From a bacterium (GTDB taxonomy: Bacteria; Omnitrophota; Gorgyraeia; Zapsychrales; Zapsychraceae), in NCBI GenBank assembly GCA_030429765.1, contig JAUIER010000003.1, positions 144,402 through 208,401 on the forward strand: DNA of 64,000 nt. Direction: 5' to 3'. Every line of letters starts with the position of its first letter. Position 1 is the stretch's first letter. The notes beneath the pieces are model-generated. The model saw only the letters and a list, made by a program, of their open reading frames with translations. It had not been told where the DNA came from and ran no database searches. Shown piece after piece: positions 49,901-56,405 of the stretch. The position numbers and the translations under genes were made by a program.

Positions 49901-52103
49901 GGTTCGTCTTGATGAGGCGGATTGGCTCACGTGGTCTGATCGGCTAAGCGTGGTGGAGCAACTACTAGACACGCTCAAGCAAATGCACGACGTGAATATC
50001 TCGCATGGCGATATTTATGACGGTAACGTCCTGGTGAATCGACAAGGACAAGTTATGCTAATCGACATTGAGGATGGCCAATTTGATGCCTCCGGTGCCG
50101 ACATCAAAAAAGATCTGCAAAACGTCATCGCTCTGCTGCAGGATGTACTGGACATTGACTGGCTTACTTCAGTGAGCGAACAGGATTTAATCGATAGCGG
50201 GTTGCAGGAATTGTTAACGCTGTTACGTCAGCGGGATGACAAGATTTCTACGGCAGTGAATTTATGGCGATCGGTGAGAGCCGTCAACGAATACTTTACA
50301 GGTAGGTCGGATACTCCGGCGGCGGATCGGGCGGCGCTGGCCGGCGATCAACAGATGAGCGGGCTGAATTTTGATCCATCGATTCAGCGATTTGTGCGCG
50401 CGATGGATGGGCGCCGTGTGCGGGATGAATATGGCCGAGAGTATGAGTTAGTATTGGATGTGGTGGATCCACGCCATCGTGTTGTTGACGTGCATCTACA
50501 AACGTCAACGGGGCAGCAAACGGCCAAATACGTCATGAAATTTGTTGTAACGGACAAAGGTGTTCGTTCCGGCGGTCTGGATTTGCAGCGGGTCAGTTTC
50601 GACGGCGGAGTCGGCGGTACGCACATGGATCTGTCAGATATCGGGTTAGGTCGGGCCATCTTCAAATTGTTTGTGGATGGTTTGAGTGGCGGCGAAAAAG
50701 TTTTTGACTCGGTCTACAATATCCAGACGCTGGAAACATTGGCGAGTGATTATTATCTCGATGATAGCGGTCGGGTTCGACGAGTCTTTGACGATCATTT
50801 GGTGATCGACACATTTGACGACGGTGTGCCGGAAGGTCAAATCGGATTGAGCACCGTCTGGGGACAGACTTTGTTGGGGCGTATGTTTAGATCCACGGGG
50901 CTGACATTGTCAGAGTTATCGATTCATAACGGGGAGCGTACCTTGAAAAATTTGGAGGCCCTGCGGTTTATGCTCCGTCATTCGGCCTCGGGATTCGCGC
51001 CGATTTTTGATATCACGTTGACCAAAACATCAAATGAAGAAGCGGATCAGAAACAAGCGGGACGGGAGCTTTACCTTGAATGGATGCAACGTCCCGTGGA
51101 CGGGCGTCTGGCTGCTGAGCGTTATGTCGAAGGGCTGCGGAATATTGGTGAGATGTTTGTGTCAATGCCCCGTTACAGCAAACTCCCGAATATTTTCGGG
51201 CCGTGGATTGCCGATTACTTTAAGCCTGAATCCGTCGAAGCGCAGTACCGTGTCGTGCAGCATTTCAATGATAAGTTGTTGCAGTCAGGTGGTCTTGACC
51301 CGTTGACCCCCAGAGGATTTGAGAACGCGCTGCTCGAGCTTCACTCCAGGCTTGGGGCGGTTAATGATGACATTTCAATCGCGGGACGGATTCACGATGA
51401 CCAAAAGTATGCGCGCTTCCGCGAGGCCATCGAGCGGATGTTCACGCCGGCATTTGCCGCGATTATCAATTCGGGAGATCCGGACGCCGTGTTTGAAGAG
51501 GCTAGTCGAGTGTTTGTCGAGATTTGGTCGTCCCAGGTCTTCCAGAATGGCAATCACCGAATGGCCAGCTTTGTGATGAATTATATCTTGATCCGGGCCG
51601 GCTACCAGCCGTTTTATCTGGATCTGGTCAACGCGTCGGGGTATATCAACATCCTGGACAATGAGCAAATTCAATCGGCCGGAGAATATGAAGACGAATT
51701 GCTGGCCGAAATGCAGGAAGAATTTGCTGCTTTGCTGAAATTCACGATCCTCAAACAGTTGCCGGACGATTCGCGGACGGAAGCGGACGAAGCGATGACC
51801 TCCCAAGATCCGGTCGGGGGGATCAACTTCGATGCGGACTTGATCGATCTAGAGATTCGAGGTGACCATGCTCCCATAGAGTTGCCTTTCAATCCGGATC
51901 AGCTGCAGCAGTTGCGCATTGACGGCTTTAGTCCGGTGATCATCCAGATTGCGCCGGTGACAAACCTTCCGTTGCTGCTGGGGTTGCGGCCCGACGGCCC
52001 GGATTCTGAATCTGATAGAAGCACGGCTCAAATGGTTCAAGGTCCGGTGCAGCCATTCGCGGATCCACGTCGATATGAGACGGATTCTGTGGCAAAGAAA
52101 TAA
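40908..52103 (+). CDS. Giant (3731 aa) exported multi-module protein with DxAM-delimited cargo domains
   Basis: Uninterrupted ORF; signal peptide (..SIVHA). Motifs for HATPase, alpha-CTD x2, XRE HTH x5-6, class I MTase, ART-like, kinase-like and Fic. C-terminal cap shared with 3-269. Confidence 0.92.
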   Translation: MSTEHSINNLLWIRRVVAHVLVVAMVVTTVWPASIVHAVQPATISHLPVPGTMVSVSPGYQPMALTGVRIYPANPLQFDFIIDPGDSQLDDQATQSASERLIKYFLTALTIPKNDVWVNLSPHQQDRVIPEHLAHTDMGRDMLSQDYLLKQLSASMLYPERDLGAAFWENIRRRAYQQFGSTDIPVRTFNKVWIVPDKAVVYEQQDAAFVVESRLRVMLESDYQAYLSSRNVSDAAGSSDQSTEQQIDQLTSDMIRDLIIPEIEKEINEGRQFAALRQIYQSMILATWYRRNLTQTLLSQLYVGQSKIAGVDIAEKDIKDKIYQQYLKAFKAGVYNYIREDIDPATRQVVPRQYVSGGLTMDVDKVFRTFNDVDTARQLNARLTDADQALLSARVVLNPEGQGSVQDLSAQLDDWLERLKSSTTDASMTADPDAPARLLAGEVISISAADIPLRAEAIAEVIEMYEADHEDELAAEDVTEEQIYAVTYRRLNSRAVQGLEAFLNQAVRLHREARPLSILFEGENFLHLAELIDNATDALRQRYQQNIRRAEIRFEILEYDRHIELQILDNGIGWTETGSKDFLSLGGLGTALHEAKKTFWEQNIDLNVSPRRDQQGAAVAIRIPKSDISIEDLFGAESAAAYFDLTTNPLAQMAPSAILVHPYISDSIYVDKMKGFDRALILFNKNYPSTPRLAAIDNVKTLVSRDGRYNSAVDMGDRVVFLGGHCRQCLSQAILQTAERAFKSGDEFRAILPTDGIYTTADLVSVGEQDPERAVLLEDVLSGLTPMDGSRFAYLTKEIKSSLMAAYAKDGLDQLSIIVESDGQREFVVEAGRERRRLILEFVGPQDRAMLVPDKGYGFKRGPLKANLKPYAQQLRVTFDRLSFGFLTAGELDALVNAVMKIRADSMAARPEFFGALPHRLTDQTARETFMSRILQQRTLYQERTNTDGSRMFSETDIHGMLFQKLIPISWLDQLMTDGLNRSQAMTIVTGWSDPLGVWTTEFKPLVEEFVSQGLSRTEAVSIILQWKNPKARWEKYLKPVRDELVRDGLSPTTATRVVIRWTNPDQKWSQELKPIRGQLIDRGMSLGDATDAVISWSYPLERYDAVQQSIALLAADSVILTGRIREIFWEHNYQGVLERLIQQPGVSRSKALDYAQPIKDFEERYLADRAMLFDAETEAKLDAPLSENLYFSERLQTVFRRNGLITHRDLTSMTAIEFTRLPEIGDILSVEAEQTLEQDGLTFGMTKSGLRVWLPTLYQTLRSDPVLGTKKRLMIILEDRGIEKFGDLVKYSYSDLVNMPGINWSSAMILEQRLQAHGLTLGVGKWVRKLQSLEDRAMLSDVPSLKFVKLVLPELNRQVNMSAIGRRVRTFRTDRSETQTQTSQRSGVKYATYLTLERGARADTDLKNMILLRNHFGTSLSVLVDGQASAFDTSGPILFDAIAPVVANNLVLLRTAMGLTLKELAAHVGMSSEYLVRIESGDLGEMTLQNIVSLSETFGIHPEVFISRKLELADMIEIISDTDQFRQLPETLDASRRREIGSRIAILRRLRQLTQEDVAVRLGITPDQLGKLENGRLQQLNVEFFVKLQSILDASVYFLLTGKENGHSRVELDVERVRQDFGENLIVLQEFFGMTYKTFAEKLGIPTRTLTTLKNGGLYQLEHINRVARRTRVPIHILLGSSAAFRDYLDGHSQRVLNANVPEQLDAEQVRRSLRLHLEAQGRSDQELLDYVSQYHTNDLTKFLSGKSQTVSLKTLLLAANFLGTNFLNVLTGSLWNGNVELETPAYMVSRMDRELYRAMQSIIHEQGRTDTVSSSAGLPSINVFLEFIHATDSSVEEVLRQAERDPVQDLLMNWGRVRKNSLEDAAMISTTLRARNARLREEYALQRLYQPSDRIEIVQAEYFSAFFRQNDIDIAAFARRADVPEWMVYDLLEGRELELAESIRVLKALYEVATLQEALEMHAFTYRYWQEHRGEADQQPLLNAQLIRERHNARTESSAYSPSPEALEVLMVHDIREAYTGTGSRRLNLTRFLSSADLSRGHLKYNFPMPDGSMLKRQLSMRVGTALDHVEMIIHKKADKMSGVSFLGYKLSSEGQYRRHRVSYFEYVNGIFEHQRATPEFVRQDRAMMSVPEFLFDADQLQYLGLPMPEFLRRAEVHERVKSMVEEAVDYTADDPALARRNREHARRSMPGIIIDLRNFDLPYSHLEVHDYEDGFMFFIPEGDRMLIHPYIDDVIELLGLLNGDEVEGEYPQASENDRLEPGYWNQWQRSSDWKTYVDEIHPTVASAVSHVLDRIKSQDKQIRVVDIFAGEGNFVQHLSGVLKQAHEDVNVAYEVIEGNPSNYRRALDRLSSNGNVTVHPPTDMLDITSLKDILRGSPDIVTALGGLNVSVISREDARKVAQMVFDVLRPGGFFVVSGLTPSLLHADDFRAMGYRIYNQTIPQNFYSRYQPVEVYILQKDAAMLGDTEADKHLKYLIQMIAGELGEDYVEAEEDEDLEGMARDRLMELSLQQRADFYALRGADVFGELIRRPLGSHRDDFDAELGMYTNLRLLGEMLGMTEGFVDFGNTMDPLQLPRLQERVEPWRELVRYVASAEDYATIRREIQQLAGMIDAPRVNEILQRSGLSRYEPEFWFVHLKSIGRMDDVWFDHFHKLAELFYKAFGATFDIGTETEEHTAGPDIFERVIELIVRSTKADPADLETFFADENPDVIALLYVITYGKAPDIHAVRFLYHGSPLVNIDQMIYDSDGMVDFRRGERKLDTNYLSFNPDVSQSYAQDDGLILEFDVAALLALPNKYILGPEIESEEITTTDPIPFTALTTRSKLEVAVKFWKDDAELDLALARALGFLSIVELQKFMRSADPAMLAPLEGDDDDYVENARALEAAIFENHFVSGVEYTALQEFWQESLEFFDESRADYVSERRRVYMDGQQNGEFTVVSRQQGDQAIADALRRAALWHRLNQRNVAGIPRLLSMGLTEDGYMWMRLRGIANAVRLDEADWLTWSDRLSVVEQLLDTLKQMHDVNISHGDIYDGNVLVNRQGQVMLIDIEDGQFDASGADIKKDLQNVIALLQDVLDIDWLTSVSEQDLIDSGLQELLTLLRQRDDKISTAVNLWRSVRAVNEYFTGRSDTPAADRAALAGDQQMSGLNFDPSIQRFVRAMDGRRVRDEYGREYELVLDVVDPRHRVVDVHLQTSTGQQTAKYVMKFVVTDKGVRSGGLDLQRVSFDGGVGGTHMDLSDIGLGRAIFKLFVDGLSGGEKVFDSVYNIQTLETLASDYYLDDSGRVRRVFDDHLVIDTFDDGVPEGQIGLSTVWGQTLLGRMFRSTGLTLSELSIHNGERTLKNLEALRFMLRHSASGFAPIFDITLTKTSNEEADQKQAGRELYLEWMQRPVDGRLAAERYVEGLRNIGEMFVSMPRYSKLPNIFGPWIADYFKPESVEAQYRVVQHFNDKLLQSGGLDPLTPRGFENALLELHSRLGAVNDDISIAGRIHDDQKYARFREAIERMFTPAFAAIINSGDPDAVFEEASRVFVEIWSSQVFQNGNHRMASFVMNYILIRAGYQPFYLDLVNASGYINILDNEQIQSAGEYEDELLAEMQEEFAALLKFTILKQLPDDSRTEADEAMTSQDPVGGINFDADLIDLEIRGDHAPIELPFNPDQLQQLRIDGFSPVIIQIAPVTNLPLLLGLRPDGPDSESDRSTAQMVQGPVQPFADPRRYETDSVAKK
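43839..44258 (+). repeat. Four tandem 35-aa protein repeats within the giant ORF
   Basis: DGLNRSQA..W.DP...W...FKP / QGLSRTEA..W.NP...W...LKP / DGLSPTTA..W.NP...W...LKP / RGMSLGDA..W.YP. Confidence 0.9.
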
Positions 52104-52149
52104 TTTTTTTGTGCCGTATGCCGTGGAATTATGTTAAAATCGACAACGT

Positions 52150-52779
52150 ATGCGTTGGACGACAATCAGTCTAAGTCTTGTAATTCTCTTATCCACATAT
52201 GGTTGCGGTTGGATGAAAATGCCTTCCTGGCGGCCGTTCCAAAACGATAAAGCCGTGGCCCCGGTTGAAGAGGTGGTGGTTGCTTCAGTGGCCGAGGAGC
52301 CAATTCCCTTAAAGCCAGGTCAGGCCGAAGGTCGGGTGATTCGACCCGGGCGATTGGCTGAAGGCGGGCGAATTTTGCTCGTCCCATTTCGGGCAGGCGA
52401 ATCGGTGGTGGCCTCCGAAGAGCTGGATAAGATTGCCTACCGGGTGATGCAGGGGATCAGCAATTCATTGGGCGAGAATCCACCATATTTCGACATCATG
52501 ATCAATGATGAGACCGAGCTGCCCGACTACTACATAACCGGCTATTTTGTTGAAAAGCGTCAATCTCCCGGATTTATCAAGGCGCTCAGGTTACGTCAGG
52601 GATTTATTCTCGGGGTTGAGGGCAAGCTGGTCGACGCGAATACGCAGGAAGTGTTGGCGACGTTTAATGATGAAGTCGTTTCATCCAGGCCCGGCGAGGA
52701 TTTTATTCATTTGGGATTTCAGTTAGGTCACAACATCGGCGAGTTTTTACACCGAAATATTAACGCGTCAAGCGAATAG
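52150..52779 (+). CDS. Hypothetical lipoprotein
   Basis: Lipobox-like TYGC after hydrophobic stretch. Confidence 0.75.
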   Translation: MRWTTISLSLVILLSTYGCGWMKMPSWRPFQNDKAVAPVEEVVVASVAEEPIPLKPGQAEGRVIRPGRLAEGGRILLVPFRAGESVVASEELDKIAYRVMQGISNSLGENPPYFDIMINDETELPDYYITGYFVEKRQSPGFIKALRLRQGFILGVEGKLVDANTQEVLATFNDEVVSSRPGEDFIHLGFQLGHNIGEFLHRNINASSE

Positions 52780-52789
52780 GAACCCTCAC

Positions 52790-53755
52790 ATGATGATAGT
52801 CACCGGCGCTGCCGGATTCATCGGCAGTTGCGTGGTCGCGCGGCTGAACGAAGACAAGCACGAAGATCTCATCCTTGTTGATCACATGCCCGACGATTCC
52901 AAGGCCGGTAATCTGGCGGGAAAGTCGTATCAAGAATTTTTGGATAAAACCGATTTTATCAAGCTCGTTGAACAAGACGAGGTTAAAACGCCGGTTGAAA
53001 CCGTCATCCATATGGGAGCCTGCAGTTCAACAACCCTGCAGGACGCGGAGTACTTTAAGACGAACAATCTCGAATATACACGGACTCTCGCCCAGTGGTG
53101 TCTGAAGCACGACGTCCGTTTTATTTACGCTAGTTCAGCGGCGACCTATGGTGACGGGAGTCATGGCTACAAGGACGATGACGCGACAGTCCGCAAATGC
53201 CGTCCGCTGAACTTGTACGGCTACTCCAAACAGGATTTTGATTTGTGGGCCCTTGAGCAGGGACTTTTAGACCGTATGGTCGGGCTCAAGTTTTTTAATG
53301 TGTTTGGTCCGAACGAGTATCATAAAGGCGACATGCGCAGTGTCGTGGCCAAGGCGTATCAAAAGGTCGCGGATGAGGGCGAGATCCAGCTGTTCAAGTC
53401 CTACAAGGAGCCATATACCGACGGCGAGCAGATGCGCGATTTTGTGTACGTCAAAGACGCGGTTGATATGCTGATGTTTTTTGTGGGTCGTCCTGAGGTG
53501 AATGGAATTTTTAACATCGGGACAGGGACAGCGCGGTCATGGAATGATCTGGCGCGGGCCTTGTTTCAGGCGGTGGGACGTGAACCGCATATCGAGTACA
53601 TCGAGATGCCGGAGACATTGCGCGATAAGTATCAGTACTTCACGGAGGCGGACATGAGCAAGATCCGGCAAGCGGGTTACACCAAGGAACCGCGATCGCT
53701 GGAAGATTCGGTCAAAGATTACGCAGGATATCTCAAGAGGCATAACTATTGGTAG
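52790..53755 (+). CDS. hldD: ADP-L-glycero-D-manno-heptose 6-epimerase
   Basis: TGAAGFIGS, HMGACSSTT, YASSAATYG, YGYSK, YQYFTEAD. Confidence 0.95.
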   Translation: MMIVTGAAGFIGSCVVARLNEDKHEDLILVDHMPDDSKAGNLAGKSYQEFLDKTDFIKLVEQDEVKTPVETVIHMGACSSTTLQDAEYFKTNNLEYTRTLAQWCLKHDVRFIYASSAATYGDGSHGYKDDDATVRKCRPLNLYGYSKQDFDLWALEQGLLDRMVGLKFFNVFGPNEYHKGDMRSVVAKAYQKVADEGEIQLFKSYKEPYTDGEQMRDFVYVKDAVDMLMFFVGRPEVNGIFNIGTGTARSWNDLARALFQAVGREPHIEYIEMPETLRDKYQYFTEADMSKIRQAGYTKEPRSLEDSVKDYAGYLKRHNYW

Positions 53756-53779
53756 ACGGCTGAAAGACGGGAGAATCGT

Positions 53780-55468
53780 ATGGAAGTGATACATCTAATT
53801 GTTACGGCTTTGATATTGTTTATGAGCGGTTCCGCCTTGGTTTACAGCGGATACAGTCAGGATGAAAAAGACAACGAGGAATCAGATGATGATATCGTTC
53901 CCATCTCTGATCCGGAAGAAATTCAGGAATTCAAAGAGCAGTATGCCCCTGAAGCCAAGAATGCCGAATCCGTAGTAGCTGACGAGACAGCCGAAGATGA
54001 AGTGGAATTGCCGGTCCTCAAGCTTTCCGATGACGAGCCGTCACCGGCGTCGGATGTGCTGACATCTGCCGATGAATCACAAGATGAGTCATCGCCCGAG
54101 CTCGACGAGGAGCGGCCGTCACTGAATCTGACACCCGTCGCGGAATCAACCGTGACCGAGATACAGGATACTACTGAGCCGGATACTCCGACAGATGTGA
54201 ACCCGCAGCAGCAGTTACTCGAAGATCAATTGCGTGATCTTCGGTTGCAGATCGATGAGCAGGCGCGGGAGGCCAATCAAAAGATCCAGGACCTGACCCA
54301 ATCCAAACAAGATCTGGAGCGAGCGCTCGAAGAGGAACGAGCCAAGAGTCATTCATCCGCCGAGCCGTCGGTCGATGAAGAACAGCTTAAACAGCAGGCT
54401 GAGCGTCTGACCCAGGCCGAGGGGTCTGTGGTCCGACTAACCGGTGAGAACAGTCGCCTACTCGAACAGGTCAAGGAGCAGACAGATTCCATGGAGGCGC
54501 TAAAGGGGGAGATTGACGCGCTCAAAAACGCGCCGGCCCAACCAAGGGCTGAAGATCAGGCGCGTATCGATGAATTGCAGGCGCAGTTGACCCAGGTCAA
54601 TCAATCACAGTCCGAAGAGTTGGGGCGGGTACAGGCCGAACAGGAACGACTGAAACAAGAATTGGATGGCGCTCGGCAAGAGCTGGAAGCAGAACGCCAA
54701 AAACTAGCGGCCGCGAACGACAATAAGTCGGAAGAGCTCAAACAGCAATTCGAATCGCAACGCACGGAGCTGGAACAGGAAAATCAGCGCCTGGCACAGC
54801 AGGTGGCGGATCACAACGCACAGATTGTCCGGCTTCAGGAAGAGACGGAAAAATTACGGGAAGAGTCTCGCGTGCTGCGTGAACAAGAGGGGCTCAAGAC
54901 CGAGGCGTTACAGGCGGAGATCAATCAGCAAAAAGAACAGCTGCATGCCGAACGTCAGGCCGACGTAGCGGCGATTGATAAACTCAAGAATGAAAAGCAG
55001 TCATTGCTCGACGCTGAGGCCAAGGACAAGGCGACGATTGCGGCGCTTGAGCATCGAATTAATGAGATGAACCAAAGTCTTCAGGAAGAGATTAATAAGG
55101 CCAAACAAAGAGCGCTGAGTGACGCCTCCGAGGAAAAACGAAAACTGGCCAACGATTTAACGGCCATGGAAGAAAAAATGGCCTTCTCAAAGATTACCTA
55201 CGAACAGAAAATCATTGATCTCAACTCGGAACTGTACAAAATCAAAAGCACAATGCCCGCAGAGGGAACAGGTACGGCCCAGCAAGTCGAGTCCCTTGAG
55301 GCTGAGCTGAAGAAACTCAAAGATACGAATTCACATCTCTTGGAAAAAGAAAGAACGCTGGTTTACGAGCTCTCAAAAAGCCGGGCGCAGGCCGCAGGGC
55401 TTGAGAAGATCTGTCAGGACTTTAAACGGCAAATGATGGAAGCCGCCAAGGCCAGGAACAAGTCGTAA
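53780..55468 (+). CDS. Membrane-anchored acidic coiled-coil protein
   Basis: N-terminal TM, acidic disordered linker, long heptad-rich region. Confidence 0.8.
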   Translation: MEVIHLIVTALILFMSGSALVYSGYSQDEKDNEESDDDIVPISDPEEIQEFKEQYAPEAKNAESVVADETAEDEVELPVLKLSDDEPSPASDVLTSADESQDESSPELDEERPSLNLTPVAESTVTEIQDTTEPDTPTDVNPQQQLLEDQLRDLRLQIDEQAREANQKIQDLTQSKQDLERALEEERAKSHSSAEPSVDEEQLKQQAERLTQAEGSVVRLTGENSRLLEQVKEQTDSMEALKGEIDALKNAPAQPRAEDQARIDELQAQLTQVNQSQSEELGRVQAEQERLKQELDGARQELEAERQKLAAANDNKSEELKQQFESQRTELEQENQRLAQQVADHNAQIVRLQEETEKLREESRVLREQEGLKTEALQAEINQQKEQLHAERQADVAAIDKLKNEKQSLLDAEAKDKATIAALEHRINEMNQSLQEEINKAKQRALSDASEEKRKLANDLTAMEEKMAFSKITYEQKIIDLNSELYKIKSTMPAEGTGTAQQVESLEAELKKLKDTNSHLLEKERTLVYELSKSRAQAAGLEKICQDFKRQMMEAAKARNKS

Positions 55469-55484
55469 CGAAAGGAAGGCACGC

Positions 55485-55949
55485 ATGGCGGCTTCAGGGA
55501 ATAACCAGAATATAGCTATGGAAATTTTAGTTGAGGACATCATGACCGACCGGGTGGAAACGATCAAACCGGACATGCTGATCGGCCAGTTGGCGCACAT
55601 CATGTTGCGGCGCGGGTTCAACGGTTTTCCCGTCGTCGAGGAAGACGATAAACTCATCGGGATTGTTACATTTACGGATCTATTTCATTTGCTGCATGGG
55701 GTCGACCATGATCTGTTCTATGAAACCGCGGAAACGCTTCATCAGAAGATTCAGCAAGTCAAATCCTGGCCGGTCTCCCGGATCATGACCGATAACGTCA
55801 CAACCGTGACGCCTCAAACCACCTTAAATCAAGTAATCGAAATGGTCTCCACCAAAAAGATTCATACGTTTCCCGTCTTACAAGACGGAAAGCTCGTCGG
55901 AATCCTCGGGCGCGAAGACGTCCTGAATGCGACCTTTTCCTACGGTTAG
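55485..55949 (+). CDS. CBS-pair protein
   Basis: VEDIMT...FPVV...GIVT..D and IMT...FPVL...GIL..ED. Confidence 0.9.
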   Translation: MAASGNNQNIAMEILVEDIMTDRVETIKPDMLIGQLAHIMLRRGFNGFPVVEEDDKLIGIVTFTDLFHLLHGVDHDLFYETAETLHQKIQQVKSWPVSRIMTDNVTTVTPQTTLNQVIEMVSTKKIHTFPVLQDGKLVGILGREDVLNATFSYG

Positions 55950-55959
55950 GCTCTCAATT

Positions 55960-56391
55960 ATGAAACGAAACTTTTTTCACGTTATCCTCGCCCTCAGTCT
56001 GCTGACACTCACCGGGTGCGAGACATTCAAGGTAATACTGGGAACTTCGACGCGTCACCTGGAGCGCGCCAGAGCGGAGGCCATTACACGCGGTTATGAC
56101 TGCACGTTTCGCGAATGTTTTGATGCTGTATTGAGCCTATCCCGAAACGAGGTGATGGCGGATCCGAAGATCGGCGAACGGCCTTTTGAAGTCTTTATCA
56201 AAGATCGCGTCAAAGGTTACATCGTCGTGATGGGAATTGCCGGCAATATTGAGACAACTGAAGTGGGGATTTTCCTGACGGAAGTCACCGGCGGAACCAA
56301 GATCGAGTTGTCATCCTTGAGTTCTTCGGCCAAAGAGAAGGCGGCGGAAGCCTTATTCCGGGAATTAAGTCTGCGTTTCAACCAAATCTAA
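55960..56391 (+). CDS. Hypothetical lipoprotein
   Basis: Lipobox LTGC. Confidence 0.75.
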   Translation: MKRNFFHVILALSLLTLTGCETFKVILGTSTRHLERARAEAITRGYDCTFRECFDAVLSLSRNEVMADPKIGERPFEVFIKDRVKGYIVVMGIAGNIETTEVGIFLTEVTGGTKIELSSLSSSAKEKAAEALFRELSLRFNQI

Positions 56392-56405
56392 TCCAGAGTC
56401 AATTT

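Noticed and set aside
40908-52103. Giant protein modules as inteins, or as an NRPS/PKS/RTX adhesin
   Set aside because: No C/S...HN splice junctions, no A/C/KS domains, no GGxGxD repeats recognised.
40908-52103. Giant ORF as an artefact of stop-codon reassignment fusing separate genes
   Set aside because: The ORF has no in-frame stops under the standard code, and neighbouring housekeeping genes end normally with TAA, TAG and TGA.
53780-55468. Coiled-coil protein as SMC or similar ATPase
   Set aside because: No Walker A/B or hinge motifs.
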